Below, piece after piece: positions 49,513 to 59,332 of a DNA stretch of 64,000 nt (the first letter of the stretch is position 1; each line of letters starts with the position of its first letter). This stretch comes from an uncultured Actinomycetota bacterium. GTDB lineage: Bacteria; Actinomycetota; Actinomycetes; Prado026. The position numbers and the translations under genes were made by a program. Under the pieces are notes generated by a model. It was not told the origin of the DNA. It was given only the letters and a program-made list of their open reading frames with translations, and did not search any database. The stretch spans positions 209,267 through 273,266 of the forward strand of contig CAWFVK010000009.1 of the NCBI GenBank assembly GCA_963819215.1. The letters are read 5' to 3'.

Positions 49513-50761
49513 TGGACCTGCTCCGCTTCGCCACCGCCGGCTCCGTCGACGACGGCAAGAGCACCCTCATCGGTCGCCTGCTCTACGACACCAAGGCGAT
49601 CTTCAGCGACCAGCTCGAGTCGGTCGAGCGCACCAGCCGCGAGCGTGGGGACGAGTACACCAACCTCGCGCTGCTCACCGACGGCCTGCGCGCCGAGCGC
49701 GAGCAGGGCATCACCATCGACGTCGCCTACCGCTACTTCGCGACGCCCAAGCGCAAGTTCATCATCGCCGACACCCCCGGGCACATCCAGTACACGCGGA
49801 ACATGGTCACCGGCGCCTCCACCGCCGACCTCGCGATCATCCTGGTCGACGCCCGCAACGGACTGGTCGAGCAGAGCCGCCGGCACGCGTTCCTGACCAC
49901 GCTGCTGCGTGTCCCGCACCTCGTGCTCTGCGTCAACAAGATGGACCTCGTCGACTACTCCGAGACGGTGTTCGAGTCGATCAGGGCCGAGTTCACGGCG
50001 TTCGCGACCAAGCTCAACGTCCCGGACCTCACCTTCATCCCGGTCTCGGCGCTGGCCGGCGACAACGTCGTCACCCGCAGCGACAAGATGCCTTGGTACG
50101 ACGGCCCGAGCCTGCTGCACCACCTGGAGAACGTGCACGTCGCCTCCGACCGCAACCTCGTCGACGTCCGGTTCCCCGTGCAGTACGTCATCCGGCCGAT
50201 GCAGTCCTCGCACCCGGACTACCGCGGGTACGCGGGCCAGGTGGCCGGTGGCGTGATGAAGCCGGGCGACGAGGTCACCGTCCTGCCCGTCCGGGTTCAC
50301 CTCCACGGATCAAGGCCATCGACACCGCCGACGGCCCCGTGGCGGAGGCCTTCGCCCCGATGTCCGTCACCGTCCGGCTCGAGGACAACCTCGACGTCTC
50401 GCGCGGTGACATGATCTGCCGGCCGCACAACATGCCGGCCGTGACCCAGGACATCGACGCCATGGTCTGCTGGATGGACTCCGCGGTGTCGATGCGCCCC
50501 GGCGCCAAGCTCGCCATCAAGCACACGACCCGGACCGCCCGCGCTCTGGTGAAGGACATCCAGTACCGGCTCGACATCAACACGCTGCATCGCGACGACA
50601 CGTCGTCCGAGCTCGCGCTCAACGAGATCGGCCGGGTGCGGCTGCGCACCACGCAGCCGCTGCTCGCTGACCCCTACCAGCGCAACCGGACCACCGGCGG
50701 CTTCGTGCTCATCGACGAGGCCACGAACCGGACGGTCGCAGCGGGGATGATCACCGAGTGA
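49512..50761 (+). pseudogene. cysN: Sulfate adenylyltransferase subunit 1 (GTPase), with no fused APS-kinase domain; one frameshift near 50290
   Basis: Contains [24 protein letters not shown] (G1), DTPGH (G3) and NKMD (G4). After ..GDEVTVLP the frame switches to ORF 50093-50761 (..[36 protein letters not shown]). The next gene starts 15 nt later. Confidence 0.9.
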
Positions 50762-50775
50762 GCGTGAGGTAGGGC

Positions 50776-51441
50776 ATGCGCACGCTGCCCGCGTCGGTCC
50801 AGCCCGTGGCGGACTCCGTCTTCGCGGCCCGCCGAGCCTGGTACCGCTCGCGCTACCCGCGGCTCGAGATCGGCGAGGGGGTCATGTTCATCGGCCGGCT
50901 GCGCCTTCGCGGCGGCACCCGGCTCGTCCTCGGTGACAACGTCCGGATCCGGCAGAACGTCATCGTCAACGGCGGCGGCACCGTCACTGTCGGGCACGAC
51001 ACCCTGCTGAACGGGTGCTGGATCGGATCCGCCAGCTCGGTCGACGTCGGGCCCTGGTGCCTGGTCAGCGACTGCAACATCTCGGACACCGACTACCACA
51101 ACTTGCTCCCGGCCCAGCGGCACCTCGCACTCACCTCCAAGGCGGTGGCTCCGGTCACGCTCGGACGGAACGTGTGGGTGGGCGCGCGCGCGATCGTCCT
51201 CAAGGGGACCAGCATCGGGGACGACTCCGTGGTCGGCTCCGGAGCCGTCGTCCGAGGGACGGTCCCGGCGGGTGTGATCGTGGCGGGGAACCCGGCTGAG
51301 ATCGTCCGCACCTTCACAGCCGAGGAGCGGACGGCCGAGGGCGACGACCTCCGGGCAGCCGAGAGGTCAGACCTGGATCGGCCGAACGGTCGGAACAGGG
51401 AGACCGCGGGCACGGCAGGGCCCTCCGGGCCGTTACCGTAA
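50776..51441 (+). CDS. Hexapeptide-repeat (left-handed beta-helix) acyl/acetyltransferase
   Basis: Contains VLGDNVRIRQNVIVNGGGTVTVGHDTLLNGCWIGS..VTLGRNVWVGARAIVLKGTSIGDDSVVGSGAVVRGTVPAGVIVAGNPAEIV. Confidence 0.8.
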   Translation: MRTLPASVQPVADSVFAARRAWYRSRYPRLEIGEGVMFIGRLRLRGGTRLVLGDNVRIRQNVIVNGGGTVTVGHDTLLNGCWIGSASSVDVGPWCLVSDCNISDTDYHNLLPAQRHLALTSKAVAPVTLGRNVWVGARAIVLKGTSIGDDSVVGSGAVVRGTVPAGVIVAGNPAEIVRTFTAEERTAEGDDLRAAERSDLDRPNGRNRETAGTAGPSGPLP

Positions 51442-51520
51442 GTACACCCTCCGTCTCGGGGCGCGTGCGGGAAGTGAACGTGCATCGACGGGCGGACGAC
51501 CTTTTGACGATGGGGAGCTC

Positions 51521-53152
51521 ATGCCTGCAGACCAGCCGAGCCGCGAGCCTGCCAATGCGGACCGCATTGACCTCCTCGGCATGTTCCGGCGGCGCGCGTG
51601 GGTGCTCGTCCTCTTCGTGGTGCTCGGCGTTGGCCTTGGCCACGTCCTGTCGGGCAAGCTGCCCGTCAAGTACTCGTCCACCACGTCCGTCCTCGTGTCG
51701 CCGATCGGCCTCCCGACGCTGCAGAGTGGTTCGACACTCGCTCGCGCCGAGGCGCCGCTGAACCTGGAGACGGAGTCGCAGGTCGTGCTGAGTGAGCCGG
51801 TGGCCACCGCGGCTGCGGCCCTCGCCGGCGACAAGCGCCCGATCGCCACCGTGATCAGCGAGATGGACGTCCAGGTCCCCCCGAACACGACCGTGCTGAG
51901 CATCACCGCGACCACCAGCAACGCAGCGCACGCCCAGGCCTTGTCGGCGGCGTTCGCGAAGGCGTACATCGACGACCGCAACACGACCGCGCAGGCAGCC
52001 GTGACCAGTGCCACGACGTCACTGACCGCCCAGCTCGACGCGCTGAACAAGCAGCTCCAGGCGGTTTCCAGCCAGATCGCGACGATCCCGGCCGGCAACG
52101 CGGACCGCACCTTCGCCGAGGCTCAGCAGCAGATCCTGGTGACCCAGGTGGCCGCGGTTTCCAGCGACCTCACCCGGCTCAAGTCCACCCAGATCACGCC
52201 GGGCAACGTGCTCGTCGCGGCGACCCCGGGGGAGGCGCCCGGCCTGCCTCTTGGCAAGCTGGCCACCCTCGCGGGCGGCCTGCTCGGTCTGGTCCTGGGC
52301 TTCCTGGCCATGCTCCTGCTCGAGCGTCTCGACCGCCGGCTGCACCGTGGCATCGACGTGGAGCGGCTCGCCGGAGTGCCCCTGCTCGGCGAGCTCCCCA
52401 AGATCAAGCGCAAGGACCGCAGCCTTCCGGTCACCGACGCACTCGGCGACGGCTACGGGCCGATCCGCAACGAGGTCGCGGCCCGGCTTCCAGCAGGCGG
52501 CGGCGTGCTGCTGGTGGTGCCCGTCGGCTCCGGCGGAGCCATCGCCACCACCAACCTCGCGGCGGCGTTCTCGCGGGCCGGTGAGCTTGCCGTCCTGGTG
52601 TGCGCCGACCTGTCGGACGCCGGAGCGGCCGACACCCTCGGCATCGCGCCGGGTGTGCCCGGGCTCGCTGATGCGCTTCGTGGCGATGTCGCCACCGTCC
52701 CGTTGCTCCCGTGCGACGTCGACGGCCTGTCCGTCCTGGCGCCGGGTACCGACATCGAGTCGGCCCGCGACCTCCTGCAGGGGCCACGGTTCGTCCGGGT
52801 AGTCACCGACGCCTCCGTTGGCAGCGACCTCCTGCTCGTCCAGGCACCCTCGAGCACCACCGGCTCCGACGCCCAGACGATGGCTCGGGCCGCCTCTGCC
52901 GTCGTCCTGGTCGTCGAGGTCGGCCGCACCGACCGCTCGGACCTGGTCCATGCTGCTGCCCAGTTCGACCGCATGGGTGCCCGTGTTCTCGGGGCGGTTG
53001 CGCTCCCCACGGGCTCGGAGGCCAGGAACGCCGCGCGTCCTGCCTCACGGCGCGCACCCGCGATGGCACCCGCAGCCGAGACCATCCTCAGCGAGGGTGG
53101 CGGCCGCATGCACGTCAGCGAGGCTGAACGGGCTGGACGGTCCGCTCCGTGA
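51521..53152 (+). CDS. Polysaccharide co-polymerase (Wzz/PCP-2-like) with a C-terminal P-loop-like domain lacking a canonical Walker A
   Basis: TM1 (WVLVLFVVLGVGLG), a periplasmic coiled region and TM2 (LAGGLLGLVLGFLAMLLL). The ATPase-like domain follows. Where a BY-kinase would have GxGKS/T it reads VVPVGSGGAIATTNLA. It also has VLVCADLSD and DLLLVQAPS, and no C-terminal Tyr cluster. Confidence 0.7.
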   Translation: MPADQPSREPANADRIDLLGMFRRRAWVLVLFVVLGVGLGHVLSGKLPVKYSSTTSVLVSPIGLPTLQSGSTLARAEAPLNLETESQVVLSEPVATAAAALAGDKRPIATVISEMDVQVPPNTTVLSITATTSNAAHAQALSAAFAKAYIDDRNTTAQAAVTSATTSLTAQLDALNKQLQAVSSQIATIPAGNADRTFAEAQQQILVTQVAAVSSDLTRLKSTQITPGNVLVAATPGEAPGLPLGKLATLAGGLLGLVLGFLAMLLLERLDRRLHRGIDVERLAGVPLLGELPKIKRKDRSLPVTDALGDGYGPIRNEVAARLPAGGGVLLVVPVGSGGAIATTNLAAAFSRAGELAVLVCADLSDAGAADTLGIAPGVPGLADALRGDVATVPLLPCDVDGLSVLAPGTDIESARDLLQGPRFVRVVTDASVGSDLLLVQAPSSTTGSDAQTMARAASAVVLVVEVGRTDRSDLVHAAAQFDRMGARVLGAVALPTGSEARNAARPASRRAPAMAPAAETILSEGGGRMHVSEAERAGRSAP

Positions 53153-54150
53153 CCGGAGCCAGCAGCAGCTGGCTCCCCGGCGCACTGGTCGTCGCGGGCG
53201 TGCTGGTGCTCGCGACCGCTTGCTCGTCCGCCGCCTCGAAGGCCGACCCGATAGCGAGCCCCAGCATTCCGATCGCGACACCGTCCACCCCAACCCCCAC
53301 CCCGACGCCAACGCCGACCGGCCCGGTGGCGCCGCTGACCGGGCTGCTGACGACACCCGCGATCCTTGCCCGCCCGGTCATCGCGGTCTCGGTCGCCGGG
53401 AGTGCGCCGGCTGGGCTTGCGCAGGCGGACATCGTCTACGAAGAGATGTCGGACGGACTGCGCTGGGTCGCCCTCTACCAGTCAACGGACACCACGGTGA
53501 GCGCCGTGGGCCAGGCTCGCCCGATGGATCCGACCGCGATCGCGGACGAGAAGCCCGTGTACGTCTTCGCCGGCGCACAGAAGGGCGTTCTCACCGTCGT
53601 CGACAAGGCGACGCTGGTACCCGCCGACCTCACCATGAACACCACGTTGTTCGCCGGCCCCATCACGGCGCCGACGATCGCCACGGCGACCATCCGCGGT
53701 GCGTTCACCTCCGTTCCAGGAGTCCCGCTGCTCCCGTACCGTGCTGCCACGGATCCGCAGCCCGCCGCGAACAAGCCGGCCAGCAAGCTGGTGCTGGCGG
53801 CTGCAGGTCAGCCGACTCAGGTGTGGAGCTACGATCGCGCCTCGCACGTGTGGAAGTGCACCTCGGGCGGCCCCGCCGTCGCGACGGCCAACCTGGTGGT
53901 GCAGGTCGTGACCTACAAGTCGGTGCAGCTCTCGCACCCGAACGGGGCCTACGTGCCGAGCGCACGGGTGCTGGGGACCGGTACGTCCGACGTCTTCTCC
54001 GGCCCCTCCGTCGTCACCGGGACCTGGCGTAAGGGTGGCGCCGCGGCGGCGACCAGCTACAGCGACGCCCACGGAATTGCCGCTCGCATGCTCCCTGGCT
54101 CCACGTGGATCCTGCTGGCGCCGGTGGGCGCGACGGTGACGATCTCATGA
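53149..54150 (+). CDS. DUF3048-like lipoprotein
   Basis: Lipobox VLVLATAC-S, a Pro/Thr linker, then PLTGLLTTPAILARPVIAVSV..GLAQADIVYEEMSDGLRWVALYQ. There is a GTGA overlap with the upstream gene. Confidence 0.6.
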   Translation: MTGASSSWLPGALVVAGVLVLATACSSAASKADPIASPSIPIATPSTPTPTPTPTPTGPVAPLTGLLTTPAILARPVIAVSVAGSAPAGLAQADIVYEEMSDGLRWVALYQSTDTTVSAVGQARPMDPTAIADEKPVYVFAGAQKGVLTVVDKATLVPADLTMNTTLFAGPITAPTIATATIRGAFTSVPGVPLLPYRAATDPQPAANKPASKLVLAAAGQPTQVWSYDRASHVWKCTSGGPAVATANLVVQVVTYKSVQLSHPNGAYVPSARVLGTGTSDVFSGPSVVTGTWRKGGAAAATSYSDAHGIAARMLPGSTWILLAPVGATVTIS

Positions 54151-55577
54151 CCGCCGATCTCGACGGTCGGCCACTCGCCCCGCCGCTGCCCGTGCCGGCT
54201 CGCCCGTCGGCCAACCGGCTCCGACTCTTCCGGCTACCAGCGGCCTGGCCGATCGTCCTGCTGCTCGGCGGTTTCCCGATCTGGTGGGCGCTCGGGTTCG
54301 GCGTCTTCATCTTCATGATCATGGCTGTCCCGATGGCCGTGCATCTGTGGCGTCGTCGGCCGATCAAGCTGCCCACCGGGTTCGGGTTGTGGGCTCTCTT
54401 CTTGGTGTGGCTGATCGCTGGGATCTTCGTGCTGGAGCTCAGCCCGATCGGGACCATCGCTGACTCGTTGAGCTCCCGACTGTTCGGCTACGGGCTGCGG
54501 CTGGGGAGCTATCTCGCGCTGACGATCATGCTCATCTACATAGGCAACCTGACCGAGGAGGAACTGCCTCGGCGCCGCCTCGTCGGGCTGCTGGCGTGGA
54601 TGTTCGTGGTGACGACTGCGGGCGGCATGCTCGGCGTGCTGGCCCCCCACCTGTCCTTCACCTCGCCGTTCGAGCTCATCCTGCCCGGCAGCATCAGGAC
54701 CAACTCGTACGTGCAGAGCCTCGTGCACCCTGCGTCGAGCCAGCTGCAAGACGTCTTGGGCTACCAGGCCCCGCGGCCGAAGGCGCCCTACGAGTACACG
54801 AACGCCTGGGGGAACAACCTCTCCATCACCGGCGTCTGGTTCGTCGCCTACCTCGCGCTCGGTGGCCTGACGCGCTTCAAGGGCTTCCGCTGGCCGGTCG
54901 CGGCCCTGGTCTTCGTGCTCGCGCTCATCGGCGCCATCTGGTCGCTCAACCGTGGCCTGTGGATCGGGCTGGGACTCTCCATCGTGTACGTCGCGGTCCG
55001 GCTGGCGATGCGGCGCAAGTTCGCGGTGCTCGGTGCGCTCGGTGCGCTGATCTGCTTGCTCGCGGTCGCCGTCCCGTTCTCCCCGCTCGGTGACGTGATC
55101 TCGGCTCGGCTCGACAATGGCAAGTCCAACGCGATCCGGACCAACCTCACCCAGCAGACCATCGAGGTGGTCAAGCAGTCCCCGCTGCTCGGCTTCGGCA
55201 GCACGCGGACAGCCATCGGCAGCCCGGACTCGCTCACCGTGGGTAAGAGCGCGGACTGTCCGCAGTGCGGGAACTTCGTCATCGGCAGCAACGGGCAGAT
55301 CTGGCAGCTCCTGGTCGCGACCGGTTACGTCGGGCTGTTCCTGTACCTCGCGTTCTTCCTGTACTCGATCTGGCGGTACCGCAGCGACGACTCAGCCATC
55401 GGCATTGCGGGAGGCCTGGTCCTCTGTCTGGCCTTGTTCTACGCACTCGTCTACAACGCGGTTCCTTCTCCGCTGGCCTTCTACTTCCTCTCCGTCGGGC
55501 TCCTGTGGCGCAACCGGATCGCGCGCCGCGAGAAGTCCGCGCGCGAGGGCGTCGATCTGCACGCGGTGCAGGTATGA
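54147..55577 (+). CDS. O-antigen ligase/polymerase family (Wzy-like) integral membrane protein
   Basis: About 12 TM segments with a large loop ..SLNRGLWIGLGLSIVYVAVRL.. and ..NGKSNAIRTNLTQQTIEVVKQSPLLGFG.. typical of the Wzy_C family. There is an ATGA overlap. Confidence 0.7.
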   Translation: MTADLDGRPLAPPLPVPARPSANRLRLFRLPAAWPIVLLLGGFPIWWALGFGVFIFMIMAVPMAVHLWRRRPIKLPTGFGLWALFLVWLIAGIFVLELSPIGTIADSLSSRLFGYGLRLGSYLALTIMLIYIGNLTEEELPRRRLVGLLAWMFVVTTAGGMLGVLAPHLSFTSPFELILPGSIRTNSYVQSLVHPASSQLQDVLGYQAPRPKAPYEYTNAWGNNLSITGVWFVAYLALGGLTRFKGFRWPVAALVFVLALIGAIWSLNRGLWIGLGLSIVYVAVRLAMRRKFAVLGALGALICLLAVAVPFSPLGDVISARLDNGKSNAIRTNLTQQTIEVVKQSPLLGFGSTRTAIGSPDSLTVGKSADCPQCGNFVIGSNGQIWQLLVATGYVGLFLYLAFFLYSIWRYRSDDSAIGIAGGLVLCLALFYALVYNAVPSPLAFYFLSVGLLWRNRIARREKSAREGVDLHAVQV

Positions 55578-56806
55578 CCACCCGTCGCGAGTACCTCCTC
55601 GAGGTGGCGGGGCTGATGTGGCCTGGCGCCGACGTCTCGATCGTCAAGACCCCGCTTGGCTCGGCCAACGCACGGGTCCACGGCCCCGGCCAGGTTCGCC
55701 AGTTCGTCCTCGTGCCGTCGGCGAACGACCCCCGGCTCGTGCTGCCGGCCGGCGCCCCCGCGGCGGCCGCCCACGCGGCTACCGGCTTCACCGGGCACCG
55801 ATCTGGCTCCGCTGGGCTGCGCGGCAGGGTGCTCTCCGGCACGCTGCGTTCCGGCGTGGGCGACCGGGTGCTCCGCGATCGCCTCGTCATCAGGGGATCC
55901 GACGGACTCGACACGCATCTGTCCACCGTGCTCGGCACCGAGGTCCTCATCAGCATGCATGTCGGTCCGGCCCGAGCGAATCGCAAGCCCGTCCTGCAGC
56001 TCACCTCGACCGACGGCAGGATCCTTGGCTACGCCAAGATCGGGTTCAACCCGTTGACGGCTGAGCTGGTGGACGCGGAGGCCGAGGCCCTCGCGGCCGT
56101 GGGGAAGGCGGGTTTGCGGACTATCGTCGCGCCCGAGCTGCTGCACCACGGCCACTGGGGCGAGCTCGCCATCGTCGTGCAGTCGCCGCTGCCAGCGGCG
56201 AGCTCCGTCGCCGCCTCACCTGCGGCGATGGTCTCAGCGATGGTCGAACTCGCGCGCAGCTCCGAGCTCCCCGAGTCACCGCTCATCGATGCTCCGTACG
56301 TGCGACGGCTCTCCGCCGCGCTCGCCGACCTCGGCCCGGACGGCAACCGGCTCTCGCTCGTGGTCGAGAGCCTGGTCGCGTTGCCCGAGCACGTCCCGGT
56401 GGCCTTCGGGGCCTGGCACGGCGACTGGACCACCTGGAACTGCGCCGATGCCGGTGGTGGACGCCTGCTTGTCTGGGACTGGGAACGGTATGCCGCCGGA
56501 GTGCCCATCGGCTTCGATGCGCTCCACCAGCGCCTGCAGTCCACGGTGCACGGGCTTGCCGTCATCGAGCCGGCGCACGCCACCGCGGTGATCGAGGCCG
56601 CCCCCGAACTGCTGCGGCCGTTCGGTGTGCCAGCCGACGTCGCAGGCATGGTCGCGGTCCTCTACCTCTGCGAGATCGCCTGCCGGTACCTCACGGACCG
56701 TCAGGCCGACGCCGGCGGCCGCCTCGGTCGCGTCGGCGAGTGGCTGGTGCCTGCTGTCGAGCCCTATGTCGCAGGGCTCACTCACCGAGGGAGAACGCCC
56801 GCATGA
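55574..56806 (+). CDS. Aminoglycoside/choline-kinase-fold phosphotransferase family protein
   Basis: The catalytic-loop-like AFGAWHGDWTTWNC (HGDxxxxN) is followed by LLVWDWERYAAGVPIGFDALH (the metal-binding D-x-E region). There are ATGA overlaps on both sides. Confidence 0.55.
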   Translation: MTTRREYLLEVAGLMWPGADVSIVKTPLGSANARVHGPGQVRQFVLVPSANDPRLVLPAGAPAAAAHAATGFTGHRSGSAGLRGRVLSGTLRSGVGDRVLRDRLVIRGSDGLDTHLSTVLGTEVLISMHVGPARANRKPVLQLTSTDGRILGYAKIGFNPLTAELVDAEAEALAAVGKAGLRTIVAPELLHHGHWGELAIVVQSPLPAASSVAASPAAMVSAMVELARSSELPESPLIDAPYVRRLSAALADLGPDGNRLSLVVESLVALPEHVPVAFGAWHGDWTTWNCADAGGGRLLVWDWERYAAGVPIGFDALHQRLQSTVHGLAVIEPAHATAVIEAAPELLRPFGVPADVAGMVAVLYLCEIACRYLTDRQADAGGRLGRVGEWLVPAVEPYVAGLTHRGRTPA

Positions 56807-57666
56807 GCCCGAGCATCCCGCTCCCCGTCCAGCGCGTCGTGCGGCGCGCCTCGCGGCTGGGCGGCCAGGTGACGGCCTCGGCCCGGATGGAGCCCTCGTT
56901 CCTGCTGGTCGGCGCGCAGCGGTGCGGCACCACCTCGATGTACAAGACCATCACGGCTCACCCGCAGGTGCTGCCAGCGGTGCTGCACAAGGGCGTGCAC
57001 TACTTCGACACGGGCTACGCCAACGGGCCGTCCTGGTACCGCGGGCACTTTCCGCTGAAGGTCAGCGCCAAGCGGCTCTCCTCGCGGCTGGGCGCGAAGG
57101 TCCAGACCGGGGAGTCCAGCCCGTATTACATGTTCCACCCACTGGCCGGCCCGCGGATCGCGAAGGACCTGCCAGACGTCCGCCTTGTCGTCCTGCTTCG
57201 TGATCCGGTCGAGCGCGCCTACTCGGCCTTCACCCACGAGAGCGCCCGCGGGTTCGAGACCGAGACCTTCGAGCGCGCCCTCGAGCTCGAGGACGAGCGC
57301 CTCGCCGGCGAGGAGGACAAGCTCCGCAACGACCCCACGTACCGAAGTCATGCGCACCAGCACAATGCCTACGTGACCCGCGGGCGTTACATGGAGCAGC
57401 TCGAGCGGCTCGAACAGACCTTCGGGCGTGACCGGTTGTTCGTCGTCGACTCAGGTGACCTCTTCGCTGACGCAGGCCCCACGCTGGACGGGCTCTTCGC
57501 CTACCTCGGGCTGGAGCCGTGGCGGCCGGAGAGCTTCGAGAAGCACAACGCCCGACCGCGCACCTCGATGTCACCGGAGTTGTACGACAAGCTGCGCGCC
57601 GGGTACGAGCCGTATGACGCCCGGCTCGCGGACTGGCTCGGGCGCCCCCCGAGCTGGCGGCGATGA
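56803..57666 (+). CDS. Sulfotransferase (Sulfotransfer_1-like) with PAPS-binding motifs
   Basis: 5'-PSB-like FLLVGAQRCGTTSMY and 3'-PB-like VVLLRDPVERAYSAF. Confidence 0.8.
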   Translation: MSPSIPLPVQRVVRRASRLGGQVTASARMEPSFLLVGAQRCGTTSMYKTITAHPQVLPAVLHKGVHYFDTGYANGPSWYRGHFPLKVSAKRLSSRLGAKVQTGESSPYYMFHPLAGPRIAKDLPDVRLVVLLRDPVERAYSAFTHESARGFETETFERALELEDERLAGEEDKLRNDPTYRSHAHQHNAYVTRGRYMEQLERLEQTFGRDRLFVVDSGDLFADAGPTLDGLFAYLGLEPWRPESFEKHNARPRTSMSPELYDKLRAGYEPYDARLADWLGRPPSWRR

Positions 57667-59316
57667 CGCAGGACACGACCAACGCGGACAACGCCACCGG
57701 GGTCAGCTCGGCCGGCGTCCGACAGCTTGCACGTCGCAGCTCGGCCAGCCTCTTCGGTTCCGCCGTCACCGCGGTCGCCCAGCTGGGACTCTCGGTTGCG
57801 GTCGCGCGTGGCCTCACCCGTGAGGATGCCGGTCTCTTCTTCTCGGCCACCTCACTGTTCCTGATCATCAGCACCGTCGTGAAGCTCGGTACGCCCACCG
57901 GCCTGGTGTGGGCGTTGAGCGGGCAGCGGGCGCGCGGCGAGCTGAGCCGGATCAACCCGACGCTCCGCATCGCGCTCCTCCCGGTCCTGATCGCTGGCGT
58001 CGTCGCCGGGCTCGCGATGCTTCTGCTCGCGGGCAACCTGGCCACCTGGCTGCTCGACAGCACGGCGAGCCCGCTGACCCATCAGCGCCTCGAGACCTCG
58101 CTGCGCATCATGGCCGTCTTCGTGCCGGTCGCGGCGATGTACGACGCCGTGACCGCGGCCAGCCGAGGCGCCGGCGTCATGCGTCCCACCATCGTCATCG
58201 AGCGGCTGGCCCGCCCGATCCTGCAGTGCCTGCTCGTGGTCGCCGCTGCGCTTGCCGGCTCCCTTGTCGGCGCCTCACTCGGCTGGGTCCTCCCGTATGC
58301 GGTGGCGTTGGTGCTGATGATCCGGATGACGCGCAGGATCGTCACGAAGGTGACCGCGGGCCAGGGGGCGCTGGTCGCTCCCGCCGAGATCGAGGCGCGC
58401 GGACGACGACCCGGCTGAGGTGGTCGCCGTCGAGAACGCTGCTGCCGGCGGCTCCACGGGGAGCGAGCGTCCCGGGGAGGGTCGATGGTTCTGGGCGTTC
58501 ACGGCGCCGCGGGCGGTCGCGAACCTAGGGCAGATCGTGCTGCAACGGCTCGACATCGTGCTCGTCGGTGTGCTGCGCGGACCCAAGGACGCCGCGGTCT
58601 ACGCAGCAGCGACGCGCTTCCTCGTGCTGGGCCAAGCCGCGGCGCTGTCCATCTCGCTCGCCGTCCAGCCGAACCTGGGTGAGGCGATCGGCGCGGGAGA
58701 GCCGCTCAAGGCCAAGAACATCTACCGCACAGCCACGACCTGGCTCATCGTGGTGACCTGGCCGATCTACCTGTTCTCGATGGTCGCCCCCGGGCTGATC
58801 CTGAGCGTGTTCGGGCGCGCTTACTCCGCAGGGGCTCCGGTCATCGTGCTGCTCTCCGCCTCGATGCTCGTCGCCACCGGCTGCGGCATGGTCGACATGG
58901 TGCTGAACATGGCCGGGCGCAGCTGGTGGAACCTGTTCAACGTGATGCTCGCCGTCGTGGTGTTCGTCGTCCTTGAGCTGATCCTGATTCCGACGCACGG
59001 CATCGTCGGTGCAGCGGTCGGGTGGTCGGTGGCGATCCTGGTGACGAATCTGGTGCCGCTGGGGCAGGTCGGGCTGATCCTGCACCTGCACCCGTTCGGC
59101 CGGTCGACCTTCACCGCCGCCGGCTGGGCTGCCATCGCGGCCGGCCTGCTGCCGTGGTTGGTGCTGCGCTGGGGTTCACCGAGCAACGTCGAGACGATTG
59201 CCGTGCTCATCGCGAGTGCGCTGGTCTACGCCGTCGGGCTGTGGCCGCTGCGCGCGGTGCTCGCCCTCGACAAGATGCCCGTGCCTGGCAAGCTTCGACG
59301 GATGCTCGCCCGCTGA
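57663..59316 (+). pseudogene. MOP-superfamily polysaccharide flippase (Wzx-like), split by one frameshift near 58400
   Basis: ORF 57663-58418 (6 TMs) and ORF 58420-59316 (..RWFWAFTAPRAVANLGQIVLQRLDIVLVGVL.. plus 6-8 TMs) are the two halves of one transporter. The second frame is open upstream across the stop. Confidence 0.75.
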
Positions 59317-59332
59317 TTGAACGGGGCCGTGG

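Noticed and set aside
49512-50761. A CysN-CysC fusion (bifunctional APS kinase)
   Set aside because: The protein ends about 420 aa after the GTPase start, with ..AAGMITE*. The next ORF is a hexapeptide acetyltransferase, and no P-loop kinase domain follows.
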